Of a DNA stretch of 64,000 bases, positions 1-9,404 are shown piece by piece. The notes below the pieces were generated by a model. That model worked only from the letters and a program-made list of their open reading frames with translations, had not been told where the DNA came from and did not search any database. The stretch comes from Acidimicrobiales bacterium. Lineage in GTDB: Bacteria; Actinomycetota; Acidimicrobiia; Acidimicrobiales; DATDAH01. Location of the stretch: positions 282,241 to 346,240 of the forward strand of contig JBGAOY010000003.1 of the NCBI GenBank assembly GCA_044221555.1. Direction: 5' to 3'. Numbering within the stretch: position 1 is the first letter of the stretch; each line of letters starts with the position of its first letter. The translations under genes and the position numbers were made by a program.

Positions 1-177
1 AGCTGACCTGCCCAGGGATGTTCATAAGCGGGTGGCCCGACCGAGGTGTCCGCGCTTGCAGCCGGCCGACGTTCATCGCAGCGGAGTGGACGGTGGATGA
101 AGTGGCCGGGCGTTCAGTCCAGACGCTCGGCGAGTTCGGGATGAGGGCGCCCGGGCGGCGTCTAAGGTTCGGCGTCC

Positions 178-1122
178 GTGAGCAACGCCGTCCACCGAGG
201 GTTCGACTCCGCAACGGCAGCGGTCTACGCCGCCGGCGAGGCCACTCCACGGGGTCGTGAGTTCGGAAGGCTCGACACAGCACGTCGTTATCTGAACCGC
301 GCGATGCGCTCGCATTGGTGGTCGACGAGGTACCCCGAGGTTGAAGTCATCACCATCGTCGGCGGTCCGAGGAACCGCGGCGCAGTAGCGTCCTCGGCCG
401 GCGCCACTCGCTGCGGTGTTTCTCGGCAGGCTCACGAGATCGAGCTTCCCCCGTGGAGCCGCTGCGAGCTCGTACTGCTCCATGAGGTCGCACATTGCGT
501 CGGACCGAAGCTCGTGCGTGCCGGCCGCAACGGGCTCGGCGTGCTCCCCGAGCATGGCCCGGAGTTTGCCCGAGTCTGGATCGACCTCGTGGATGAGTTC
601 ATGAGCCCGTCCACCGCGCAGACCCTGCATTCGAATCTCAGGTACTTCGAAGTGCGCGTCGCGTCTGCATCCGAGGTTGGAATCGCGTTGGACCAGGATC
701 GAACGTTCACGTCCGTACTCGCCCGACACGTCGACGGAGGAGCCTCCGGCACGATCCCTGATCTGGAGTGGGGCTTCGAGTTCGACCGCGCCTATCGACG
801 CGCTCGACTTGATGGGCGTCGTCTGTCGCAGCCGCGACTGGTGGAGGCTCTCAAACCGGTCATCGACGCTACGCCACGTGAGATCGCCACACTTCGACAG
901 CTAGAAGAACCGCCGACGGATCAGCAGACTCGACGACTGGCGTTCGCCGCTCTCGTGCTCATCGGAGCCGATCCAACCTGGATGGCCACGACGCTCGATA
1001 TGACAGCCTCCGACGCGGGGCTCACACGCGACCAGATCGAGGAGCTCAACCCGAGTTGGCTTTCGAAGGCGGACGCGGACCTTCAGCGGAGACGTGAACG
1101 CCCGCGGGTGTGGGATTCGTAG
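178..1122 (+). CDS. HExxH metallohydrolase (SprT/TIGR04338-like) with C-terminal extension
   Basis: LLHEVAHC followed by EHGPEF zincin motifs. Confidence 0.65.
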   Translation: MSNAVHRGFDSATAAVYAAGEATPRGREFGRLDTARRYLNRAMRSHWWSTRYPEVEVITIVGGPRNRGAVASSAGATRCGVSRQAHEIELPPWSRCELVLLHEVAHCVGPKLVRAGRNGLGVLPEHGPEFARVWIDLVDEFMSPSTAQTLHSNLRYFEVRVASASEVGIALDQDRTFTSVLARHVDGGASGTIPDLEWGFEFDRAYRRARLDGRRLSQPRLVEALKPVIDATPREIATLRQLEEPPTDQQTRRLAFAALVLIGADPTWMATTLDMTASDAGLTRDQIEELNPSWLSKADADLQRRRERPRVWDS

Positions 1123-1226
1123 TCGTTTGAAAACTCGGGTGGTGGCCTCGCGTCGGCTGTCCGTCTTCTAGATCCGTTGATGACTGGGAGTTATCAGGCT
1201 CGAGGATCCAATCCCAGGCCCGTTTC

Positions 1227-1505
1227 CTACACCCGTTTGGAGTCGACTCGGTCGCACCCAGTGTCGAAGTGAGGGGCGGCCGACGCGCACGGTTGGAGGC
1301 CGAGCAGGCGGCCGAGCACAAGCGAAGCGGGGCAGGCGCCCGCGGTGACGTACAGCCACTGGTTGATGCCGACGAACGCGGTCAGCAGGAGGAACCAGGG
1401 GCTGACGGTGGCGGCGAGCACGGCGCTTGCCAAGGTCATGGTGCCCGCGAGTGCGAACAGGACGCGCTCGAGCGGCCAGGGGGGCGACGTCGTGGATGCG
1501 GTCAA
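1227..1505 (-). CDS. DUF2892/YgaP-like small membrane protein
   Basis: ER-x-x-F-x-x-AG, two TM segments, GACPAS ending; follows the MMPL gene. Confidence 0.75.
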   Translation of the reverse strand: MTASTTSPPWPLERVLFALAGTMTLASAVLAATVSPWFLLLTAFVGINQWLYVTAGACPASLVLGRLLGLQPCASAAPHFDTGCDRVDSKRV

Positions 1506-1520
1506 GGGGGGTTGCTCCTT

Positions 1521-3686
1521 CTAGTGGCTGAAGTCGATGTGGGGCAGGCGACGGTCGAGCCAGCCAGGGATGCGCCAGGCCCGTTCGCCGAGCATCCCGA
1601 GCAGGGACGGGACGAGCATCATGCGGATCACGGTGGCGTCGAGGAGGACGGCGAGGGCGAGGGTCACGCCCAGTTCGGTCGGGGGGATCGGTCCGGTGAC
1701 GCCGAAGGCGACGAACACGACGATCATGATCAGGGCGGCGTTGGTGATGGGCCGGCCGGTGCGGGCGATGCCCTCTCGGACCGCGACCTGGGCGTCACCG
1801 GTGGCGTCGCGTCGTTCCTTGATGGCGGCGAGCAGGAACAGCTGGTAGTCCATCGACAGGCCGAAGAGCAGGGCGAAGAAGAACAGTGGGGCCCAGGCGT
1901 CGACGAAGCCCTGGGGGTCGATCCCGAGCAGCCCGGCGCCGATGCCGTGCTGGAACACGAGGGTGGCGAACCCGAAGCTGGCGGCCACACCCACCAGGTT
2001 GAACAGGATCGAGGTGAGCGCGATCAGCGGGCTTCGGAACACGACGAGCAGCAGCACGAAGGCGACCAGCATGATCGCCGCGATGGCCAGCGGGGCGGAG
2101 CCGAGCAGCGCCGCGGTCAGGTCGGTGTTCTGGGTGCCGGGCCCGCCGAGCCGAGCGCCCGGGGCCACCTCGTCGAGCCCGTCGCGAAGTCGGTGGACGA
2201 GCTGAGAGGTGGCGGCGGAGTCGACGGTGGTCGCCGGGGTGATCCGCACGGCGGTGCGGCCCGAGGCGGCCGGTTCGGACACGACGCGGGCATCGACGAC
2301 ACCGGGGTCGGCGGCAGCGAGCGCGACCACGGCATCGGCTTGGTCAGCGGGCACGGTGGCGAACATGGGGGCCGGCGCACCGTCGCCGAAGTGCTCGACC
2401 GCCGCGTCATAGCCATCGCGGCTCTGGTGGCCGGTGTCGACGACGCCGGCGGCGGGCATCCCGAGGCGCATGCCGAGGGCGGGTGCGGCGAGCAGCAGCA
2501 GCACGCCGAGACCGGTCGCGAGGGTGACGCCGGGCCTGCGCATCGCCGATGCCGTCCAGCGGGCCCAGCGGCCCTCGGCGGCCCGATCCGGATCGTCGTG
2601 GCCTTTGCTCACCAGGACGCGGTCGCCCAGGGCGACGAGCACGGCCGGCAGCAGGGTGAGAGAAGCTGCGGCGGTCGCGACCACGGACAGGATCATCCCG
2701 AGGGCCATTGACCGGAACACCATGACCGGCACCAGGAAGATCGCCGCCAACGACAACACGACGGTCAGCGCCGACAGGAACACGGCCTTGCCCGCGGTCG
2801 CCAGCGTGGCGGCCACCGCGTCGAGTGGGTCCTTGCCGTCCTCGCGCTCCTCCCGGAAGCGGGACACGATGAAGAGGCTGTAGTCGATGCCGACGGCCAG
2901 GCCGATCATCATCGAGAAGTTCATCGACCACACCGACAACGGCGTGACCCCGGTCCCGAGGTGCAGCAGCGCGAAGCCGACGGCGATGCCGGCGATGGCG
3001 AGCAGGAGGGGGAGCCCCGCGGCGACGGCCGTCCCGAAGGCGATGAACAGGAGGATGAGGGTCGGCAGCCCGGAGAGCAGCTCGGCCTTGTGCAGGGCCT
3101 GTTCGTTGAGCTGGTTGAAGTCGTGCCACACGGCCCACTCGCCGGTGGCGTCCGCCTGGGCCCCCGCGGGCAGGCCGATTGCGTCGACGGTGGCCATCAG
3201 TTCGCCGGCGGACTCGGGGAGGTCTGCGTCGGTTCGGGAGGCGAGGTCGACCGGCACCAGCGCGGCGAGCCCGTCCGGGCTGAGCAACCCGGCCTCGGCA
3301 GGTTGGGCGAGCGGATCGATGACCGCCGTCGTGCCAGGGCTGCCCTGCAGGGCGGCGACCAGGTGGCGCAGGCCGGTCGGGTTCTCGGCGATGGGAGTCC
3401 CCTGCCGGTACGCGACGATCGCCGCCTCGGCCCCGAGTTGTGGGAAGTCGCGTCGCAGCTCATCGCGGACCCGTTGGGCGGTGGACCCCTGCGCCTCCCA
3501 ACCAGCGCCCGACAGCGACGAGGTGAGCGTCACGGCGAGCGGAGCGGCAACGACGACGACGAGCGCCCAGGCCAGCAGAACCCGACGTGGGTGGCGGCCC
3601 GAGGCCCGACCGATGCGAGCCAGCAATCCGCCGCCAGACGCGCTGCGCGGCGCGGTGAAGTTGGTGCGATGATTCAGCAAGGTCAT
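1521..3686 (-). CDS. MMPL family transporter
   Basis: GLAVGIDYSLF and FGLSMDYQLF motifs; two TM blocks. Confidence 0.93.
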   Translation of the reverse strand: MTLLNHRTNFTAPRSASGGGLLARIGRASGRHPRRVLLAWALVVVVAAPLAVTLTSSLSGAGWEAQGSTAQRVRDELRRDFPQLGAEAAIVAYRQGTPIAENPTGLRHLVAALQGSPGTTAVIDPLAQPAEAGLLSPDGLAALVPVDLASRTDADLPESAGELMATVDAIGLPAGAQADATGEWAVWHDFNQLNEQALHKAELLSGLPTLILLFIAFGTAVAAGLPLLLAIAGIAVGFALLHLGTGVTPLSVWSMNFSMMIGLAVGIDYSLFIVSRFREEREDGKDPLDAVAATLATAGKAVFLSALTVVLSLAAIFLVPVMVFRSMALGMILSVVATAAASLTLLPAVLVALGDRVLVSKGHDDPDRAAEGRWARWTASAMRRPGVTLATGLGVLLLLAAPALGMRLGMPAAGVVDTGHQSRDGYDAAVEHFGDGAPAPMFATVPADQADAVVALAAADPGVVDARVVSEPAASGRTAVRITPATTVDSAATSQLVHRLRDGLDEVAPGARLGGPGTQNTDLTAALLGSAPLAIAAIMLVAFVLLLVVFRSPLIALTSILFNLVGVAASFGFATLVFQHGIGAGLLGIDPQGFVDAWAPLFFFALLFGLSMDYQLFLLAAIKERRDATGDAQVAVREGIARTGRPITNAALIMIVVFVAFGVTGPIPPTELGVTLALAVLLDATVIRMMLVPSLLGMLGERAWRIPGWLDRRLPHIDFSH

Positions 3687-3689
3687 CGC

Positions 3690-3959
3690 TCAGGCCAGCT
3701 TCGTGAACATCTTCTGGACGTCGCTGATGTCGTAGCCCTCGGCGCGAGACCGCTCCGGGTCCTCGAGGCACCACGTCAAGCCCGCCGCGACAAGTACGAA
3801 CCCGGCCTGTTCGAGCGCCTTGTTGGCCGCCGAGATCTGGGTCACCACATCGCGACAGTCACGCCCCTCGGCCAGCATCTGCTGGATGCCGCGCACCTGA
3901 CCTTCTACCCGGCGCAGGCGCTTGGTCACATCGTCCACCGTGTCCGCTGGAAACTCCAT
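3690..3959 (-). CDS. CsoR/RcnR-family repressor, non-Cu clade (Cys...Gly-x3-Cys)
   Basis: RLRRVEGQVRGI, DCRDVVTQ; AAGLTWC has Gly where Cu-CsoR has His. Confidence 0.88.
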   Translation of the reverse strand: MEFPADTVDDVTKRLRRVEGQVRGIQQMLAEGRDCRDVVTQISAANKALEQAGFVLVAAGLTWCLEDPERSRAEGYDISDVQKMFTKLA

Positions 3960-3977
3960 GGCCCTGCACCGTAGCGG

Positions 3978-4013
3978 TACCCCAGGGGGTATACCAACCT
4001 ACCCCCGGGGGTA
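3978..4013. promoter_or_regulatory. Tandem CsoR-family operators (TACCC-N4-GGGTA)
   Basis: TACCCCAGGGGGTA at 3978-3991 and perfect palindrome TACCCCCGGGGGTA at 4000-4013, just upstream of the repressor. Confidence 0.8.
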
Positions 4014-4367
4014 TATGTCGTGCGGCTGCCCGAGCGGACCTCCGCCTCGGGTTCGCGCTCGTGGACGTGGTCTGCTTCGAGGTGAGCCGTGCTCGTCCCG
4101 TCGCAGTCCAACGTATGAACGCCTTCTGCAACCTGGACGCGTACGTCTCTCCCGCAGGTGTCCATCAAGAGAGCGATTCTCGGAGCAAGTGGTACGACAT
4201 CGCCCAGAGCTGGTGGATGCGCACGAGCGGCTGGGCGGCGGCCGGCGCAGGAGAGCGGCGGGCCAGCAGACCGTCGCTCAGCCTTATGAACGGCGTGGGG
4301 CGTTGCTCATCAGAGCCCAAGAGGCGCGAAGATCGCTCTTGACGACAGTCCGAGGAGGCGCGACCTG

Positions 4368-4928
4368 ATGACGGGGTCCCAAGCGGGGCGGCAGCTGAGC
4401 ACTGCACGGACTGATCGCCGCCGTCTGGGTCTAACTGGCCTTCAACGCGCGAGCGTGATCGTCTTGGTGGCGGCGTCCTTGGCTTGCAGCGGACCGGACT
4501 CATCTGATCGCTCGTCTGGATCAGGGGGTGGCTCGTCGACGTCTACCCATGAAGCTCGGGCCATTAGCGATGCAGTGCGAATCGTGACAGCTGCGATCGA
4601 TGGCCACGCAGTGGTCGAGCACTTCGCCACCAACCCGGTCGGCGGCGAAGGGCGGATCGTGTGCGTCGACGGCGAGGTCGTGCGGCTGTACGTCTTCGCC
4701 TCGGGCCACGATCGCGCAGCAGCGGAGGCTGCCATCGATCCGAATGACCCAAGTCACGTCGGATCAGCCATCGTCGAATGGATCGGCCAGCCCCGTTTCT
4801 GGTCGGTGAGCCATGCGCTCGTGTCCTACTCAGGTGCGAGTGAAGGACTTGTGTCCGACCTCAGGGAGGGCTTCGGTGCCCCGTTCGCAACTGCCCAGGG
4901 CTCCCCTGTCCCTCGAGAATCCTGCTAG
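4368..4928 (+). CDS. Hypothetical lipoprotein
   Basis: Hydrophobic stretch, LAC lipobox-like site, Ser/Gly linker; start uncertain. Confidence 0.6.
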   Translation: MTGSQAGRQLSTARTDRRRLGLTGLQRASVIVLVAASLACSGPDSSDRSSGSGGGSSTSTHEARAISDAVRIVTAAIDGHAVVEHFATNPVGGEGRIVCVDGEVVRLYVFASGHDRAAAEAAIDPNDPSHVGSAIVEWIGQPRFWSVSHALVSYSGASEGLVSDLREGFGAPFATAQGSPVPRESC

Positions 4929-4992
4929 CTGTCTGGGTCCACGCCCTGCGTCGTCTGGTTGCGGGTCTCGGGGGTCATTGCTGTACTCTACC

Positions 4993-5007
4993 GAGACAGT
5001 GTGTCTC
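4993..5007. promoter_or_regulatory. Probable TetR operator
   Basis: GAGACA-GTG-TGTCTC palindrome 45 nt before the tetR ATG; imperfect copy near 5013-5026. Confidence 0.6.
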
Positions 5008-5051
5008 ATACTAGACAGAGCGTTTCACAAAGCTCCGATACGCTGCACTGC

Positions 5052-5621
5052 ATGCCGAAGCTCTGGACCGACACGGTCGATGAGCACCGACAGGCCGTCC
5101 GAGAGGCCACGATCGCGGCGACCGCCACGCTGGTCAGCGCGAACGGCTTGAGCGCCGTGACGATGTCCCGGATCGCGGAGGAGGCAGGTATCGGGCGGGC
5201 GACGCTCTATCGCTACTTCAGCGACGTCGACGAGATCCTCCTGGCCTGGCACGAGGGTCAGGTCACTAGCCACCTCGAGCAGCTCCGGGCGGTCGGCGCT
5301 CGCTTCGACGATCCGAAGGATCAGCTCAGGGCAGTGCTCGAGACGTATGCCTTGCTTGCCCAGCAGCGACCCACGGGCGGACTGGCCGCTGTCTTGCATG
5401 ACGGATCCCACATGGGTCGAGCGCAGCACGAGCTCCTGGACTTCATCCGTGACATGCTCGATCGTGCGGCTCGTTCCGGGTCGGTCCGCACGGATGTCTC
5501 GGCGGGCGAGCTCGCCAGCTACTGCCTGCACGCCTTGAGCGGAGCTGAACAGTTGAGGTCGAAGGCGGCCGCTCGGCGATTGGTGGACGTCGTCATCTCA
5601 GGCCTTGCGCCCGCTCGGTAG
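5052..5621 (+). CDS. TetR/AcrR family regulator
   Basis: VTMSRIAEEAGIGRATLYRYF HTH; start taken at MPKLW. Confidence 0.92.
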   Translation: MPKLWTDTVDEHRQAVREATIAATATLVSANGLSAVTMSRIAEEAGIGRATLYRYFSDVDEILLAWHEGQVTSHLEQLRAVGARFDDPKDQLRAVLETYALLAQQRPTGGLAAVLHDGSHMGRAQHELLDFIRDMLDRAARSGSVRTDVSAGELASYCLHALSGAEQLRSKAAARRLVDVVISGLAPAR

Positions 5622-5624
5622 GCC

Positions 5625-6977
5625 ATGGACGGACCGTTCACCCTCGAGGAACTCGCCGCACAGACCAATGTCGCGCCGATCCGGATCCGCGAGTGGGTCG
5701 AGCTCGGGCTCCTCTCTGCGGGCGGGGATGGTCGGTACGACCTCGACGCCGCCGAGCGGGTTCGCCTGTTGCGCTTCACCTCCGACCGTGGCGTCACGGC
5801 GGAGGCGATAGCCGAGCTGTCGGTTCGGCGCGACGACGACATCTTGGGTCGCTATGTGGATCTGCTCGGTGGCGGTCGCCAGGTCGTCGGGGGGCTCGCG
5901 GACGCTGCGAACGATCTCGGTCTCGAACCCGCCCTCCTCCGCAGGATGTGGACCGCCAGTGGCTTCGGGGCGCAGTCGGAGGTGTTCGCCGAGGATGTGC
6001 CCGCCATTCAGGCGTTCACGACGGCACTCGATGCCGGGCTCCCACCGGAAGCTGTGATCCAGATGGTCCGGGTCTTCGGCGATGCCCTCGGTCGCGTTGC
6101 AGATGCCGAGAACCGGCTGTTCCACTTCTACGTGCACGAACAGCTCCGCTCCGAGGGCATGTCGCACCGCGAGGCGTTCGAAGCCACGGAAGGTGCTTCC
6201 GAGGCCCTGCTGCGCATCGTCGAGGACACTGTCCTCTACTTCCACCGCAAGGCATGGCACCGGGCGCTCCGAGAAGATCTGCTGCTCCACCTGGTCGACG
6301 ACCTCGCTTCGCCAGACCGACCCGTTGGTCAGCTTCGCATCGCCGTCCTGTTCGTCGACCTGGCGAGCTTCACCACGCTCACCGACACCATGGGTGACGA
6401 AGCCGCAGCCGAGGTCCTCGACCGGTTCTCCGATCTCGTACGCGACGCGGCAGCCGAGTGCGACGGCCGGGTGCTCAAGCAGATCGGTGACGAGTTCATG
6501 CTGGTGTTCCCGAACGGCCGAGCCGCAGTGCGCTGTGGCCTGCGAGTCGCTGAGCACGTCGCCTTGGAACAGCACTTCCCGGCCGTTCGCATGGGTGCTC
6601 ACGTCGGGCCTGCGTTGTTTCGTGACGCCGACTACCTCGGCGCCACCGTCAACCTCGCCGCCCGCATCGTCGCCGAGGCCGACAGGAGCCAGTTCCTGGT
6701 GTCGTCGGCTGTGCGCGACGACGCGGAGGCCATGGACTGGGTGCGTTTCGAAGCCATCGGCGCTCGAGCCGTCAAGGGGGTGTCCGAGCCCGTTGCCCTC
6801 TTCGTGGTCGCGACGGATCGACCCCTGGCCCGTCAGATCGATCCGGTCTGTGGAATGGAGCTCGATCCCGACATCGCCACCGTCCGCCTGGACCACGTGG
6901 GCACCACCGTGTGCTTCTGCTCGTCGTCCTGTCGCGACCTGTTCCTGGAGGACCCGAATCGCTACGCCGCGCGCTGA
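5625..6977 (+). CDS. Class III adenylate cyclase with N-terminal MerR-like HTH and C-terminal YHS domain
   Basis: FVDLASFT, KQIGDEFM, DYLGATVNLAAR catalytic motifs; DPVCGM...FCSSSCRDLF YHS motif. Confidence 0.9.
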   Translation: MDGPFTLEELAAQTNVAPIRIREWVELGLLSAGGDGRYDLDAAERVRLLRFTSDRGVTAEAIAELSVRRDDDILGRYVDLLGGGRQVVGGLADAANDLGLEPALLRRMWTASGFGAQSEVFAEDVPAIQAFTTALDAGLPPEAVIQMVRVFGDALGRVADAENRLFHFYVHEQLRSEGMSHREAFEATEGASEALLRIVEDTVLYFHRKAWHRALREDLLLHLVDDLASPDRPVGQLRIAVLFVDLASFTTLTDTMGDEAAAEVLDRFSDLVRDAAAECDGRVLKQIGDEFMLVFPNGRAAVRCGLRVAEHVALEQHFPAVRMGAHVGPALFRDADYLGATVNLAARIVAEADRSQFLVSSAVRDDAEAMDWVRFEAIGARAVKGVSEPVALFVVATDRPLARQIDPVCGMELDPDIATVRLDHVGTTVCFCSSSCRDLFLEDPNRYAAR

Positions 6978-7024
6978 CCAGGGTGCGGCGCCCTCACGTC
7001 CGCAACGTTCACAAGGAGGATTGA

Positions 7025-7204
7025 GTGCAGGACGACGAGATCAGGTACGAGCAGCTCTGTCCCCGATGCGGTGACCGCATCGCCGGCGATGACCTTGACG
7101 TCGTTGCCGATGCAGTGGTCGCGCACGCCGCCGAAGCCCACGGCCACCGCGTCGATCGGCACGTCATCGTCGCCCACCTTGAAGGACGCCGCCCCGACGA
7201 GTAG
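7025..7204 (+). CDS. 59-aa CxxC/HxxxxH small metal-binding protein (DUF1059-like); not in the ORF track
   Basis: AAGGAGG RBS, GTG start, MQDDEIRYEQLCPRCGD...AHAAEAHGH...E*. Confidence 0.7.
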   Translation: MQDDEIRYEQLCPRCGDRIAGDDLDVVADAVVAHAAEAHGHRVDRHVIVAHLEGRRPDE

Positions 7205-7334
7205 AGGACTTGAAACCAGCGGTTGCCAAGCACGACGGTCGCAGCGCGTTCTCGCGCCGTCACGAGCTCGCTCGCATCCTGACCACTGATGCCATCTCGA
7301 GGGCTGGCCGCTCGCTTGAACCAGGGGTCTGCTG

Positions 7335-9320
7335 TCACGGTTCGTGGTCGGAGGTGAGCAGGTCGGCCGCAGTCGGAGCGAGGGGCAGCAGGGCGGGGTC
7401 GGCGAGCCCCGCGAAGATCCGGGCAACGAGGGGGGCGGCGACGTCTCCGCCGTAGCCGGCTTCCTCCAACACTGCGGCCGCCACGTAGCGAGGCGGCTGA
7501 TCCGGCAGCACGGGCCCGAATCCTGCGAAGACCGAGGTGTTGGCTTTGCCGCTCACCTGAGCGGTGCCGGTCTTGCCCGCGATGGGCCAGCCGGCGGGGT
7601 TCGTCGCGAAGGCCTGGCTGGCGGTGCCCTCGGGTCCTGATGTGACACGCACCAGTCCGTCCACGAGCGGCTGGCGGATGGCCGGGGGCAGGTCGAGCCG
7701 CCCGGCCATCACCGGGTCCGCTCTCTCGGAGACGTCGTCGCCGGGCCCGTCGGTGTCCGCGCCCTCAACGGCGAGGCGCGGTCGCCAGACGGTCCCTCCG
7801 TTGGCGATCGCAGCGTAGGCGTTGGTCAACTGGAGAGGGGTGACGAGGAGATCGCCTTGTCCGATGGCCAGGTTGATGTTGTCCCCGCTGACCCAGTCGC
7901 CGTAGGGGAACGCCTCGGGCATCTCGCGGTTGTTCCTGGCCTTGCGCTCCGGTGTCGGAACGATGCCAGTGGCCTCGAAGGGCAGCTCGACGCCGGTGGG
8001 CTCGCCCAACCCGAAGTCACGGGCGACGCTCTGCAGGGCTTCGTCGCCCACTCGGTCCCGCTGCAGCCACAGGATGTCGCCGATCTCGTAGTAGTAGAAG
8101 TCGCTGGACACCTCGAGTGAGCGGCGCAGGTCTACGAGGCCATGGGCCGTGGACTCGTCGTTGCGGAACACACAACTGCCCCCCTCACAGTTCTGGGCCG
8201 TGTACTCACCCGGGTCCTCCACCGAGGCTTCGGGCGTCCGGATCCCGCTCCGCAGTGCAGCCACTGCGGTGATGGGCTTGAACGTCGAGCCGGGTGCGTA
8301 CTGGCCCTGGATGGCGCGGTTGTTCAGCGGCAGTTCGCCTCCAGGGTCGGTGAGGGTGGCGTAGTCCGACTCGCTGATGCCGCTGGTGAAGGTGCCGGGG
8401 TTGAACGTGGGGAACGACGCCATGGCCACGACGTCGCCGTTGTTCGGGTCGAGCACGACGACCGACCCTGCCGCTGCCGGGAACTCGGGACCGCGGGCGC
8501 CTTCGAGGCTGGCCGCCAACTCGCTCTCCGCGAGCGATTGCACGTTCACGTCGAGCGTGGTGATCAGATCCCGGCCCGGGACCGGTCGGAATGTCTCGTC
8601 CTCGATGGTGCTGACCACGTTGCCGCTGGCGTCGACCTCGTAGGTGGTCCGACCCGGTGTGCCACGCAGCTGATCCTCGTAGGCCAGTTCGAGGCCTGTG
8701 CGGCCGATCTCGTCGCCGGGCTCGTAGTCGAGCGGGTTGGCGCCGTCGGTGTCCTCATCGATCTGGGCGAGGCGTTCCTCGGAGATCGATCCCGTGTAGC
8801 CCAAGACGTGGGCGGCGAGCGATCCGTACGGGTACCGGCGGGCCACGGTGCGCCGGACGTCGACACCGGGCAACTCGTCGCTGCGTTCGAGCACGCCGAC
8901 CATGACGCTGTCCGAGATGTCGGTGAGGACCGGCACTGGTGCGAACCTGTCGATGAGGTTGTCCTCGATCGTTCCAGCGAGTGTGTCAGCCGTGATGGGT
9001 GCTTCGGGCGTAGTGAGCTGAGCGGCTAGAGCGGTGAGGACCCGACGTCGTGCCTCGGTGGCATCAGGGAGCTCGTTGAGATCCACGACGACCTGCATGA
9101 CCGGCACGCTGTCGACGAGGACGGTTCGGTTGCGGTCCAGGATTCGGCCGCGCGGAGCCTGCTCGTGGACGACTCGCAGCCGGTTCGAAGTCGCGGCTCT
9201 CTCGAGGTCGTCCTGATCGAGGACCTGCAACGTGAACATGCGCACCAACAACGCCACGAACAGCGACACGGCGACGACGCCGACGACGTTGAGCCGGAGC
9301 CCGACTCCCTCACCGGGCAC
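7335..9320 (-). CDS. mrdA: Penicillin-binding protein 2 (class B)
   Basis: N-terminal TM, APRGRILDRN, GSTFK, SSD and KTGTAQ motifs. Confidence 0.92.
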   Translation of the reverse strand: MPGEGVGLRLNVVGVVAVSLFVALLVRMFTLQVLDQDDLERAATSNRLRVVHEQAPRGRILDRNRTVLVDSVPVMQVVVDLNELPDATEARRRVLTALAAQLTTPEAPITADTLAGTIEDNLIDRFAPVPVLTDISDSVMVGVLERSDELPGVDVRRTVARRYPYGSLAAHVLGYTGSISEERLAQIDEDTDGANPLDYEPGDEIGRTGLELAYEDQLRGTPGRTTYEVDASGNVVSTIEDETFRPVPGRDLITTLDVNVQSLAESELAASLEGARGPEFPAAAGSVVVLDPNNGDVVAMASFPTFNPGTFTSGISESDYATLTDPGGELPLNNRAIQGQYAPGSTFKPITAVAALRSGIRTPEASVEDPGEYTAQNCEGGSCVFRNDESTAHGLVDLRRSLEVSSDFYYYEIGDILWLQRDRVGDEALQSVARDFGLGEPTGVELPFEATGIVPTPERKARNNREMPEAFPYGDWVSGDNINLAIGQGDLLVTPLQLTNAYAAIANGGTVWRPRLAVEGADTDGPGDDVSERADPVMAGRLDLPPAIRQPLVDGLVRVTSGPEGTASQAFATNPAGWPIAGKTGTAQVSGKANTSVFAGFGPVLPDQPPRYVAAAVLEEAGYGGDVAAPLVARIFAGLADPALLPLAPTAADLLTSDHEP

Positions 9321-9333
9321 GCAGCCACTTTAC

Positions 9334-9350
9334 TACTACAAACTGTAGGA
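9334..9350. promoter_or_regulatory. BlaI-type operator upstream of PBP2
   Basis: TACTAC-AAACT-GTAGGA, 14 nt from the start codon. Confidence 0.7.
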
Positions 9351-9404
9351 AATCGAGTCGAGCCCCAGCTGTGCGGTAGTCGCGGGATGTTCACGGTCAG
9401 TTGC

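Noticed and set aside
4061-4342. 93-aa ORF
   Set aside because: No RBS or recognisable motif; probably intergenic or decayed
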